Positions 41,191 through 53,589 of a DNA stretch of 64,000 nucleotides are shown piece by piece (the stretch's first letter is position 1; each line of letters starts with the position of its first letter). Both the position numbers and the translations under genes were made by a program. The stretch comes from Eledone cirrhosa (Eukaryota), in the NCBI GenBank assembly GCA_964016885.1, contig OZ024759.1:13516001-13580000 (forward strand), written 5' to 3'. A model generated the notes under the pieces. That model saw nothing but the letters and a program-made list of their open reading frames with translations. It made no database searches and was not told where the DNA came from.

Positions 41191-41847
41191 ACAAAAAGCA
41201 GATAAAATATGTTGCAGATAAATTGAAGCACATAATTGTTTCTACTTTAGGCACAAGGCCAGCAAATCCCCAGCACATAATGTCCTGTATAAATGGTACA
41301 AGCCGAACTGCTATACAGGAGCCAGCCATTGAAGAAATGACATCAACACATTCTGTCGTCCCCTGTATCATGAAAAGAGAAACATTTTCAAGGAAGTTTT
41401 AGAAATTTTTGGGGAGAATTAAAAAAATATTTTCAAGTTTTTTAACCTTTTAGCATTTAAACTGGTCCTATCTAGCCAGAATTCTCTCACCTCTTTTTGT
41501 TCAAACCAGTCATAACCAACCACTCATACTGATGTTAAGGTATCATTCTCAAAATAAATAATATCAAAATCTCATAGATTTGATATTATGTAAGATAATT
41601 ATGTGAAGTAAAGTCTTTACTATGAAAATATAATAGTATATATAGAGTAATGTAAATACTAAAGGGTTAAACTGGCCATATCCGGCCAGAATTCTCTCAC
41701 CTCTTTCTGTTCAAACCGATTGTAACCGGCTGCCCATACTGAAGTTAAGGTATTATTCTCAAAATAAAAAATATCAAAATCTCATAGATTCGATATTATG
41801 TGAGATAATTATGTGAAGTAAAGCCTTTACTATGAAAATATAATAGT

Positions 41848-42026
41848 TTATATATATATATATTCCTGCTTCATCGCAGAAAATCTTAAAGATTATCCAG
41901 CCATCAGAGTATTCGGTTTATTTTTTTTACATATTGTCCCGGCATGTAGTTTTTACACGATTAGGTCTGTTGGCGGCCCGCATTCCAAAATACCTTATCC
42001 CGTGCAACGCTGGGTACCACTGCTAG
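41848..42026 (+). mobile_element. Possible non-autonomous Helitron fragment
   Basis: 3' end cccgtgcaacgctggg hairpin followed by CTAG|T; interrupts a piggyBac MITE copy. Confidence 0.55.
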
Positions 42027-43277
42027 TAGTATATATAGAGTAATGTAAATGTTATGTGAGATAATTATGTGAGGTAAAGCCTTTACCATGAAAATATAAT
42101 AGTATACATAGAGTAATGTAAATGTTATGTGGGATATTATGTGAGGTAAAGCCTTTACTGTGAAAATATAATAGTATATATAGAGTAATGTAAATGTTAT
42201 GTGGGATATTATGTGAGGTAAAGCCTTTACTGTGAAAATATAATAGTATTATATAGAGTAATGTAAATGTTATGTAAGATATTATGTGAGGTAAAGCCTT
42301 TACTGTGAAAATATAATAGTATATATAGAGTAATGTAAATGTTATGTGGGATATTATGTGAGGTAAAGCCTTTACCATGAAAATATAATAGTATATATAG
42401 AGTAATGTAAATGTTATGTGGGATATTATGTGAGGTAAAGCCTTTACCATGAAAATATAATAGTATATATAGAGTAATGTAAATGTTATGTGGGATATTA
42501 TGTGAGGTAAAGCCTTTACCATGAAAATATAATAGTATACATAGAGTAATGTAAATGTTATGTGGGATATTATGTGAGGTAAAGCCTTTACCATGAAAAT
42601 ACAATAGTATATATAGAGTAATGTAAATGTTATGTGGGATATTATGTGAGGTAAAGCCTTTACCACGAAAATATAATAGTATACATAGAGTAATGTAAAT
42701 GTTATGTGGGATATTATGTGAGGTAAAGCCTTTACTGTGAAAATATAATAGTATATATAGAGTAATGTAAATGTTATGTGAGATATTATGTGAGGTAAAG
42801 CCTTTACCATGAAAATATAATAGTATACATAGAGTAATGTAAATGTTATGTGGGATATTATGTGAGGTAAAGCCTTTACCATGAAAATATAATAGTATAC
42901 ATAGAGTAATGTAAATATTATGTGAGGTAAAGCCTTTACCATGAAAATACAATAGTATATATAGAGTAATGTAAATGTTATGTGAGATATTATGTGAGGT
43001 AAAGCCTTTACCATGAAAATATAATAGTATACATAGAGTAATGTAAATGTTATGTGGGATATTATGTGAGGTAAAGCCTTTACCATGAAAATACAATAGT
43101 ATATATAGAGTAATGTAAATGTTATGTGAGGTATTATGTGAGGTAAAGCCTTTACCATGAAAATATAATAGTATATATAGAGTAATGTAAATGTTATGTG
43201 GGATATTATGTGAGGTAAAGCCTTTACTGTGACAATACAATAGTATATATAGAGTAATGTAAATTCTAAAGGGTTAA
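42027..43277. repeat. 72/60-bp satellite derived from the piggyBac MITE interior, ending in TAAAGGG|TTAA
   Basis: same monomer as 37476-38498; terminates at the MITE right TIR. Confidence 0.95.
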
Positions 43278-43658
43278 AGGTTTTTATGTCTTCTGAAGAA
43301 CTCTGGCTCTCAGAATTGGAAACATGAAGATTATCTAGCTGTGGTCCTAAGAGAAATATTTATCATGGAGATATTTATAAACCTAAATCCACTATATTTT
43401 GCCTCCCATCTTTTTAATACTATGTATGTGTGTGTGTATGTGACTGGGTGGGTGAGTCTGAGTGTGTGGGGTGTGTGGTTGGGTGGGTGGGGGTGCCCAT
43501 GCATGGGGGTTGTATGTGTGGGTGTCTGTGTGTATGTGAATGTATATGTATGTATGTGTGTGTATGTATGTGTGTATATATGGATGTGTATGTGTGTGTA
43601 TGTGTGTATGTATGTGTGTATATGTATGTGTGTGTGTGTGTATGTGTGTATGCGTGTA

Positions 43659-43689
<31 letters not shown>

Positions 43690-43889
43690 AAATGTATGTG
43701 CGTGTATATGTATGTGCGTGTGTGTATATGTGTGTGTGGGTGAGGGGTGTAGGTGCGTGTGGGGGTGGGTGTAGGTGTGTGTATGTATGTGCGTGTATGT
43801 ATCTATGTGTATGTATATGTGTGTGTGTATATATGTATGTGTGTGCGTATATGTATATGAGGCACATGGCTTAGTGGTTAGAGCATTGG

Positions 43890-44235
43890 ATGGAGGCACA
43901 TGGCTTAGTGGTTAGAGCATTGGCCTTGCAATTGAAAGGTTGTGAGTTCAATTCCCAGACCGGGTGATGTGTTGTTTCCTTGAGCAAGACTCTTTATTTC
44001 ACATTGCTTCAGTTTACTCAGCTGTAGAAATGAGATGATAGGGACTGGGGTCCCTATCATTCAACTGCAAAGTGGTCGTGGAGGTGCCACGGCAAAAAAG
44101 CACCCAGCACTCACTGTAAATGAGGTTGGTGTTAGGAAGGGCATCCAGCTGTAGAAATCAAGCCAGAATCAGTTCCCGTCCCACCCTTGCAAGCAGGGAA
44201 AAGCGGACGTAAAATGAAATGATGATGATGATGAT
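43890..44235 (+). mobile_element. tRNA-derived SINE with RTE-type 3' tail (other copies 2180-2490, 26955-27293, 33560-33885, 50750-51096, 58525-58688 on minus; 49377-49497 on plus)
   Basis: box A TGGCTTAGTGG, box B GAGTTCAATTC, conserved body ccttgagcaagac, tail nearly identical to RTE 3'UTR 5750-5960, (GAT)n end. Confidence 0.9.
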
Positions 44236-44257
44236 ATATATGTACGTGTGTGCTCAC

Positions 44258-44422
44258 CTGAGCTACATAGTTTTCCCAACATTTCAAACCTTGGGACTTG
44301 CTGCAGTTCTGATTGGTTAATATAGAAGTATTTCTCCTATAGGTGGCAGCACCATCATTGGTTGGAGCTGACATTGGTTGTTGCCCCTGGTTACTTAGCC
44401 GACATTCAGTTGACAACAGAAT
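44258..44422 (-). CDS. tmc: TMC gene exon, extracellular loop ending KCWENYVAQ
   Basis: tctttacag acceptor, CAG|gtgagc donor; 165 nt, phase 0-0; CWENYVAQ|E corresponds to the TMC CWETxVGQE signature. Confidence 0.9.
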
Positions 44423-44874
44423 CTGTAAAGATGAATTGAAGAATATGAGAGGACTCAATACCAAGTGTTTGGCGTTCACTGTATTACAGTGAGTAAAACT
44501 GGGCAGACTGACTAAAATCCAGTCTAAGGAATACTCAACCACTCTATAATATGAAATATTATTGTTTATGTATTAATATATATATATCATTATCATCGTG
44601 GTCATTTTATGTCTGCTTTTTCCTGCTTGCAAGGGTGGGATGGCTCCTTTTCAGCACAGCATCTCTCCATTCGTCATAGTCCTTTGTCATCTCCTCTGTG
44701 AGCTTCAGTGGTCTGACGTCAGTTCCCACTATTCGAAAACCTCAGATTTACATTTCTCTTTGTCCGAAACACATTAAGACCCTCTTCCTGCTATATCAAG
44801 CGTTAACCTAATATATACCTTCCATATACTGTACCGATTGTGTTGTTATTTCCATTTAACTTTTACATATATAA

Positions 44875-44906
<32 letters not shown>

Positions 44907-45074
44907 ATACACACACACCCCCATATATATATATATATACATATATACACACCCCCATATATATACATACATATATATATATATATACATATATACACAC
45001 CCCCATATATATACATACATATGTATATATACATATATATATACACACCCATATATATACATACATATATATAC

Positions 45075-45107
<33 letters not shown>

Positions 45108-45189
45108 CATATATATACACACACCCATATATATACACATATATATATATATATATACATATATATACACCCACCCACATATATACACT

Positions 45190-48100
45190 CACTTAAAGGG
45201 TCGCTCTAACGAGGTTGTAGAAATGCTTGAACGTAAGGAGGTCGATGTTTGTTGTATTCAAGAGACCAGGTGGAGGGGAGGGTCGGCTAGATTCATCGTG
45301 GGTAAAGAACGATGCTATAAGCTTTTCTGGGTGGGAAATGACAATGGGTTGGGTGGGGTAGGAATCATGGTAGCAGAAAAGTGGGCAGATAAGATAATAG
45401 ACGTAAATAGAGTGAACGACAGAATAATTAAAATAAGACTTGTCCTCAATAAAACTACGGTGACAGTAATATCTGCGTACGCACCCCAATCCGGACTGCC
45501 CCGCGCTATAAAAGACAGATTCTACGAGACACTGATGCTCGCTACCTCCCAAATAACCGACAGTGACTATATAGTTATTGCAGGCGACCTAAATGGTCAC
45601 GTTGGACAACATTGTGACGGCTATGACGGAATCCATGGAGGCTATGGGTTCGGTACTAGAAATGAGGAAGGCTCCAGAATCCTGGAATTCTGCGACGCAA
45701 ATAACTTAACTATCTGTAACACTAACTTCAAAAAACGAGACAATCACTTGATCACCTATAGATCGGGGGAACACACAAGCCAGGTAGATTATATCCTTAC
45801 CAGAAGACGTGACAGAGTGTCTGTTGTTAACACTAAATCCCACCCCCATGAAGAATTCACCTCCCAACATAGACTGATAATTAGCGACCTCATAGTCAGG
45901 ACGAGACGTACTAGACAGCGGAAGAGGACTATCCTCAGGAGAAAAATATGGAAGCTAAAGGACCCCATAGCCAGAAATAAATTTCAAAGCATATTACTTG
46001 ACGCTTTCGACAGTAAGGCAGAGCAATTAGAGTCGTATAATATAGAGGAACAGTGGGAATTCCTGAGAGCAAACCTGCTGATGGCGGCAGACGAAGTCTG
46101 TGGCTGGAGCAGGCCTGTAGGTAGGAGGAGAGTAACATGGTGGTGGAACAGTAAGGTGGAGGAGTCAATTAAGGCCAAAAAGCAGGCTTGGAAAGTATGG
46201 CGGGATGGGGGAAGTAGAGAAGACTATCAAGTGGCCAGGAGGGAAGCTAGGAGACAAGTGTACTTCGCAAGAAGGGAAGCAGAGGAAAGAAAGTTCAAGC
46301 ATGTTCTACAACGTGAGGACCAAAAACGTGAGGTGTTCAGGATTGCTAGTCAATGTGTCAAGGAAAACCGTGATATTGTCGGGGAGAAGTGTGTACTTAA
46401 CGATGATGGCATACTTGCCATCACCGACGCTGATAAGAAGGTAGCTTGGAAGTGTCACTACGAAAGGCTTCTAAATGAGGAGAACAAATGGGAGAAAGAC
46501 AGTCTCCCCCAGATCGATCCAATAGAGGGACCAGCAGTGTTAGTTGAAGGTAGTATAATAAGTAAGGCAATCAAAGATATGAAGACGGGTAAGGCGGCTG
46601 GGCCTTCGGAAATAGTTGCTGAGATGCTGAAGGCATCTGGTTCGGTGGGACACACCATGGTCACCCGGATAGTTAACCAAGTCGTACAGAATGGGGTTGT
46701 TCCGAAGGAATGGCGTAGCAGCATCATCGTTAACTGCTATAAGGGAAAAGGAGATGCCCTAGATAGGAGTAACTATAGAGGCATTAAATTAATCGACCAG
46801 GTCATGAAGGTCACGGAAAAAGTAATAGCGCAACTAATCAGAGAGAGAATTGATCTAGATGAAATGCAGTTCGGGTTTGTGTCAGGCAAAAGTACCACAG
46901 ACGCTCTTTTCATTGTACGACAACTACAGGAGAAGTACCTAGCTAAAAGTAAACCCCTATACTTAGCTTTCGTCGACTTGGAGAAAGCCTTCGACAGAGT
47001 CCCCCGTTCCATTATCTGGTGGTCTCTTAGAAAACTAGGTGTTGACGAATGGCTTGTGAGAGCTATACAAGCCATGTATAAAGAAACAGTCAGTAAGGTT
47101 AGAATTAACAACGAATATAGTGAAGAGTTTAGCGTAAAAGTTGGTGTCCATCAGGGCTCTGTTCTTAGCCCCCTACTATTTATTATTGCCCTTCAGGCTA
47201 TAACAGAGGAGTTCAAGACCGGCTGCCCATGGGAACTCCTATACGCAGATGATCTAACGCTCATAGCTGAATCAATGACCGAACTAGAGAAGAAATTCCA
47301 AACGTGGAAGCACGGCCTAGAATCAAAAGGCCTTAAAATTAACCTGGCTAAGACTAAAGTTCTAGTTTGTAGGAAAGAAAATAAGGCGGCGGTCCCATCG
47401 GGGAAATGGCCATGCTCAGTGTGTAGGAAAGGCGTAGGTAGAAACTCCATTTTATGTCCCAAATGCAAAGTATGGGTGCATAAAAGATGTAGTGGGATCA
47501 CAGGTAAGCTAACTAAGAACATAGATTTTACATGTGGCCGGTGCTCTGGTGCAATAAGTAGCAGCAAGTGCCCACAAAATACTAGCTCCTTCAACTGCGC
47601 AGAGGGTTCTATAGAAATAGTGGACAGCTTCCGTTACCTGGGTGACAAAATCAGCGGTGGGGGAGGGTGCTCTGAAAGTACAGTAGCTAGAGTCAGAACT
47701 GGATGGAAAAAGTTCAGAGAGCTTATACCACTATTAGCCGCTAGAGGGTTCTCCCTAAAAATGAAAGGCAGGTTATACGATGCATACGAACAGCAATGCT
47801 GCATGGCAGTGAGACCTGGGCATTGTGTGCAGAGGATATACGCAGACTAGAGAGGAACGAAGCTTGCATGCTCCGCTGGATGTGCAATAGTAATATACGT
47901 GAACGGCAAAGCATAAACGAACTAAGGAAAAAATTAGAAATAAGAGGGATCAGATGTTGTTTACTCGAGAGAAGGCTACGTTGGTACGGTCACGTGATGC
48001 GCATGAAAGACGACAGCTGTATAACAAAGTGCAGGGCAATAAAGATAGACGGTAGCCACGGAATAGGCAGACCCAGAAAAACATGGGACGAGCTGATAAA

Positions 48101-48694
48101 TTCCGACCTCACACGCTTACACCTCTCCAAGACAATTTCACTGGACCGAGACCTTTGGCGGTACTCAGTAATAGAGAAGACCCGCCTTACCTAAATACAA
48201 AGTAAAAACCTACTACAGTCAGTAGGCATCTCTATCAAAACACACCCCCGTCCCACCACCTCCACCCCACCCACACCGCCCCTTTCAATGTAAAGTTATG
48301 TTGGTCCCACAACATCCAGGCCGAAACAAATGAGATCGTGTAGGTGTCACGACAAAAAAACACACAGTCCACGCTGTAAATGTGACCGTGTAGGCAACAC
48401 GGTAAAAACCTCCCAGCCCCACACTGTAAATGTGGTTGGTGTTAGGAAGGGCATCCAGCTGTAGAAAACCCGCCAGACAGTCCACGCTGTAATGTGGCCG
48501 TGTAGGCAACACGGTAAAAACCTCCCAGACCCACACTGTAAATGTGGTTGGTGTTAGGAAGGGCATCCAACTGTAGAAAACCCGCCAGACAGTCCTATGC
48601 GAGCAAGACAACCACTCTTGCCTCAAGTGGGAAAACCCCCGTCCAAACCCATGGAAGCGTGGAACACGGACGCTAAACCTGATGATGATGATGA

Positions 48695-48697
<3 letters not shown>
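45190..48697 (+). mobile_element. Near full-length RTE-clade LINE (APE endonuclease, RT, PHD-like finger), slightly 5'-truncated, one frameshift
   Basis: APE motifs ([20 protein letters not shown]); RT motifs ([21 protein letters not shown]); C-terminus continues in ORF 47796-48194 after a ~4-nt deletion near 47785; 3'UTR ends in (GAT)n. Confidence 0.95.
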
Positions 48698-48741
<44 letters not shown>

Positions 48742-49499
48742 TATACACACACCCACATATATACATGTATATATATATACATATATACAGACATACCCAT
48801 ATATATATACATATGTATATATACATATATATATACACACACCCACATATATATTTATACATATATACAGACACACCCATATATATACATATATATATAC
48901 ATATATACACACCCACATATATATATATATATATATATACAGACACACCCATATATGTAGATATGGTAACATTACTCAACAAAATTTTATTTGAATAATG
49001 AACAAAAAAAAATTAGAATACTGAGAAATATGGACAATGGATGCCCAGAAATTGCACCTAGGATAGAGGTGAACACCATCACAGGTGAGCGTCATCACCA
49101 TCATCACCTCTATTATGCAACGTAAACGCCGCCGCCACCACCAACTCTCCCTATCATGAAACATCACATCACAACCACCATACAGTGGCCCTTTGTTGCC
49201 AACAGAGCTAGCAGCTCCCTGAACGTTTCAATCCTGTCCTTACTCAAGCTAATTTGCGCTTGATGTAGCCTCCTTACTATTAATTCGATCACCTAGGTAG
49301 TAGAAGCTATCAACCACTTCTATGGAGCCTTCCTGGGATTGAGAAACGTATATTGATACTTTTACAACACAACCATGGAGGCACATGGCTTAGTGGTTAA
49401 AGCATTGGGCTTGCAATCGAAAGGTTGTGAGTTCAATCCTCGGACCGGCTGATGTGTTATTTCCTTGAGCAAGACACTTTATTTCACATTGCTCCAGAA

Positions 49500-50522
49500 C
49501 TAGACATAAGATAGGGAAAGCCACCTCATGGTACGACAACCAGAGATACCAGAATGTCATGTTTGTGGACGCTACCCCTGGAGGGAAATTAGCTAACCAG
49601 TGTAGAAAGGCCCTGAGAAAGACCCACTTAAAGATTAAGGTGGTAGAAAAGCCAGGAACCACCACAAAATCCCTAATCAGCAAAACCTACCCTTTTAAGA
49701 AAACCCACTGTACTAATAGGAAATGTATTATATGTAAAGTAAATCCCTGGATAAACATAAAACTAGAAACGTAGTCTATAGCATAAGATGTACAGAGGGT
49801 ACTTGCAGAAACATGACAACAACATACATAGGCGAGACAGCTCGTAGCATAGGTGAAAGGATAGACTAGCACTGGGGGGAACTAAAAGGACAAAAAAACG
49901 GTTCAGTACTGTACGAACATGCCAGACAATAACACAACGGTAACATAGACAACATAGAAATTAGAATAATATCTAAACATAGAAATGACCCAGCAGATAG
50001 GCAAATCAGAGAGGCCAGTGAAATAGAACTTAGAAGGCTAAGGCTAAACAGAAAAAATGAATGGAATAACAACAACACCCAAACAAACAACACTGACCTA
50101 AGAGAAGTATAAATAAATAAATAAATAAATAAATACATACACAAGCACAATAACAACAAACACATATAAACACACACTAGTAAACTAAGATAGAATACAA
50201 TAACCAATACACAGTCACCCAAACACGAACTAAAGATGGCGTAGGCATACAATACAATGGGAGGAAACATAATAGCACGACTGACGATGTTGCAGATATG
50301 CAACGAAATAACTTTGTTAGACTATATATATATGTGTTTGTGTCTATATTGTATCTGTATTTTTGACCGTTGGTCAGTCAATGGTAACATTGAGGACCGA
50401 ATAAATTAAATTAACTGATATAAAAGACACAGAAGCGAAAACCAACCAAAGAATGAGTGTGTTCTGTTATTAATTGTGGCAATATTATTACACAAAAATG
50501 ACCCTCCCCAAGTATAACAATA
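49500..50522 (+). mobile_element. Penelope-like GIY-YIG remnant plus pseudo-LTR
   Basis: NVVYSIRC...YIGETARSIGER..H...DRQIREA..I..LNRKNEW with stops; followed by a hammerhead-bearing tail. Confidence 0.8.
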
Positions 50523-51123
50523 TATCATCATCATCATCTTCGTTTAACGTCCATAGGTTAGACGGGAGTTGTCCCACTTGAGGCAAGGTTGGTCGGGTGA
50601 CCATGTCTCGCTCATATAGGACTATCTGGCAGGTTTTCTACGGCTGGATGCCCTTCCTAACACCAACCACATTTACAGTGTGGAACTGGGAACTTTTTAC
50701 CGTGTTACATACACGACCACATTACAGCGTGTATAATATATATATATATATATCATCATCATCATCATCATTTCATTTTACGTCTGCTTTTCCCTGCTTG
50801 CAAGGGTGGGATGGGAACTGATTCTGGCTTGATTTCTACAGCTGGATGCCCTTCCTAACACCAACCTCATTTAGAGTGAGTGCTGGGTGCTTTTTTGCCG
50901 TGGCACCTCCACGACCACTTTGCAGTGGAATGATAGGGACCCCTGTCCCTATCATCTCATTTCTACAGCTGAGTAAACTGGAGCAATGTGAAATAAAGTG
51001 TCTTGCTCAAGGAAACAACACATCACCCGGTCTGAGAATTGAACTCACAACCTTTCGATTGCAAAGCCAATGCTCTAACCACTAAGCCATGTGCCTATAT
51101 ATAATAATAATTATATATAATAA

Positions 51124-51164
<41 letters not shown>

Positions 51165-51303
51165 TTTAGAAAGTGAGGTTTTTTTTACAAAATGAAAAAT
51201 AACCGAGGTGTCCTACATGGGTGAAAGTATAAAGAAAAAGAGATGAAATCGAAAATGCAACTGGAGTCTTATTTTTTTTTAAAATATATATATTTATTTG
51301 GTT

Positions 51304-51341
51304 CCTTTACCGGTTTCGCAGTTCTTCTGCTTTTCAAAAGG
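51304..51341 (-). ncRNA. Hammerhead with U3/A8 core variant (second copy 52164-52201 on plus)
   Basis: cctt-TTGAAAA-gcag aagaa ctgc-GAAA-ccgg-TA-aagg. Confidence 0.7.
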
Positions 51342-52270
51342 TGAGTTGAGATGGAGGGTCTGTGGTTTTTCTCACATCTGGTTGGTCTCTGAATGTTACT
51401 TGTTTTATATGGAAAAAGTGGCTCGAAATGCCAGGTTTTTCGAGAAGTAATTTGATTGGTTTGTCAATAATTACAATAAATTTCGCACCTGTTCGCGTTA
51501 CAATAGTTCTTCAAATAAGAGGGGGGGGGGGGGGGGGGGGGGTTGTCACAGGTTGTTTTTTCATATATGAGTGTTTGAATTTCTTTTTACTTGAAGGCTT
51601 TTTTTAAAGTAAAGAAATTCAAACACACACAACACACACACACACAAGCACACAAATAAACATACATATCTTTACTTTCTTTATTCAATAGAAAATCTGA
51701 ATTCTGACACCCCAGCGAACTAACCATATTCACTGAACCAGAACAATTCTCCCATCCCTTTCTCTTGACCATTATCTTTCACTTATCATAAAATTCTCTA
51801 AAAAGGCTACAGAATGGATTTCCAAATAAGGGCACGGAAATTTAATGAAAACTTGTTCACGTGACAGCCATAATTTCATTTATAACCAACCAAAAAAAAG
51901 CCTTCGTGAGCCCCTTTTTTCAAGTAAAAAGAAATTCAAACACTCATATATGAAAAAACAACCTGTGACAACCCCCCCCCCCCCTCTTATTTGAAGAACT
52001 ATTGTAACGCGAACTGGCGCGAAATTTATTGTAATTATTGACAAACCAATCAAATTACTTCTCGAAAAACCTGGCATTTCGAGCCACTTTTTCCATATAA
52101 AACAAGTAACATTCAGAGACCAACCAGATGTGAGAAAAACCACAGACCCTCCATCTCAACTCACCTTTTGAAAAGCAGAAGAACTGCGAAACCAGTAAAG
52201 GAACCAAATAAATATATATATTTAAAAAAAAAATAACACTCCAGTTGCATTTTCGATTTCATCTCTTTTT

Positions 52271-52337
<67 letters not shown>

Positions 52338-52701
52338 TATTATTAAACAAGTGAAACTCCAGAGTAACAAGGCTCACCATTTACGTAGTCTTAATAAAAT
52401 GAATATTAGAACTCCGTTTGGCATTGAGTACTCTTTTCTCTCAGCCAACCACACACACACATATATACATACATGGGTGGAGGTGGTAAGTGAGGAGATA
52501 ACGACGGACCATGACAAATGGAGAGATGCTGTGCTGAAGAAGACCCATTCCACCCTTGCAATCCGGGAAAAGTGGACATAAAATGATGATGATTTTATAT
52601 ATATATATGTGTATATATATGTATCCCGGGTTCAATTGGAGGTAACCACAGTAAGTAAGGTACTCAATACATAGTAGAGTATAAATATTTAATATAGAAA
52701 T

Positions 52702-52754
52702 GGCTTCTACAGGTTAAGAACTGTTTCATTTAAAGGAAATCATCAGGAAAGCCC
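52702..52754 (-). ncRNA. Type-I hammerhead (left arm of palindrome; mirrored copy 52756-52808 on plus)
   Basis: gggctttc-CTGATGA-tttcctttaaat-GAAA-cag ttcttaac ctg-TA-gaagcc. Confidence 0.7.
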
Positions 52755-52941
52755 TGGGCTTTCTTGATGATTTTCTTTGAATGAAACATTTCTAGTCCTG
52801 TAGAAGCCATTTCTATATTAAATATATATATATAGTTGTTGTAAGGTTGCAATAGATGCGTCCGTAAGTGTTTGAGCACTCGATGTTCACGCGGAGCAGA
52901 GTATAATATTATAGATAACGAGGAATGCCTTGAAAACGCTA

Positions 52942-53035
52942 AACATATCTGAGGACCTTGCAAGTGCATAGTCAGGTTCGATCTATAATAGATCCTGCCT
53001 TGAGCTGATCATCGGAGAAACATATGTAATATGTT
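52942..53035 (+). ncRNA. Type-I hammerhead with long domain II
   Basis: aacatat-CTGAGGA-(~60 nt)-GAAA-catatg-TA-atatgtt; 7-bp stem I. Confidence 0.75.
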
Positions 53036-53071
53036 AATAAATTGTGTTTTAATGCCTCACTGATTCCTCGT

Positions 53072-53129
<58 letters not shown>

Positions 53130-53589
53130 TTCAAGAGTAACCAATCTTAAAGAGAGAGATGGAGATAGGAGAGGAGAGATTGGTGAGTTAGTTAGAAGCC
53201 AAAGCGTAAAGGCATGTGCTCAATGTGCAATATGCAGTAGAAAGCAGCTAGGTGGCTGGGTTCATGCAGAAGTTAGGTGCGCAGAGCTGGAAATATTCAT
53301 TAGTTAAGCAAAACAAGACCACAAACTTCACAAGGAAGACATTATTAAAAGATTGTCAACATATTTTAGTTTGATGTAAGGAATGTAGTGAATAATAATA
53401 ATAATATTAATAATAATTGTTTCTACTTTAGGCACAAGGCCAGCAATTACCCAGTGCATTACTGGTACTTTATTTTATCGACCCCGTAAGGATGAAAGGC
53501 AAAGTCAACCTCGGCGGGATTTGAACTAAAAATCTATACACCATGACTCCTGAAACTTACAACTCTTTCCTTCTTAAAGAACTTAATAA

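Noticed and set aside
37447-43240. 330-370-aa repetitive ORFs (VKALPHIISHITFTLL...)
   Set aside because: Stop-free frames of a 72/60-bp MITE-derived satellite
43288-43332. CTGAAGA...GAAACATG hammerhead candidate
   Set aside because: Lacks the UH cleavage site; at most a decayed remnant
43890-43965. tRNA gene
   Set aside because: The A/B boxes belong to a multi-copy SINE head continuing into a conserved body and LINE tail
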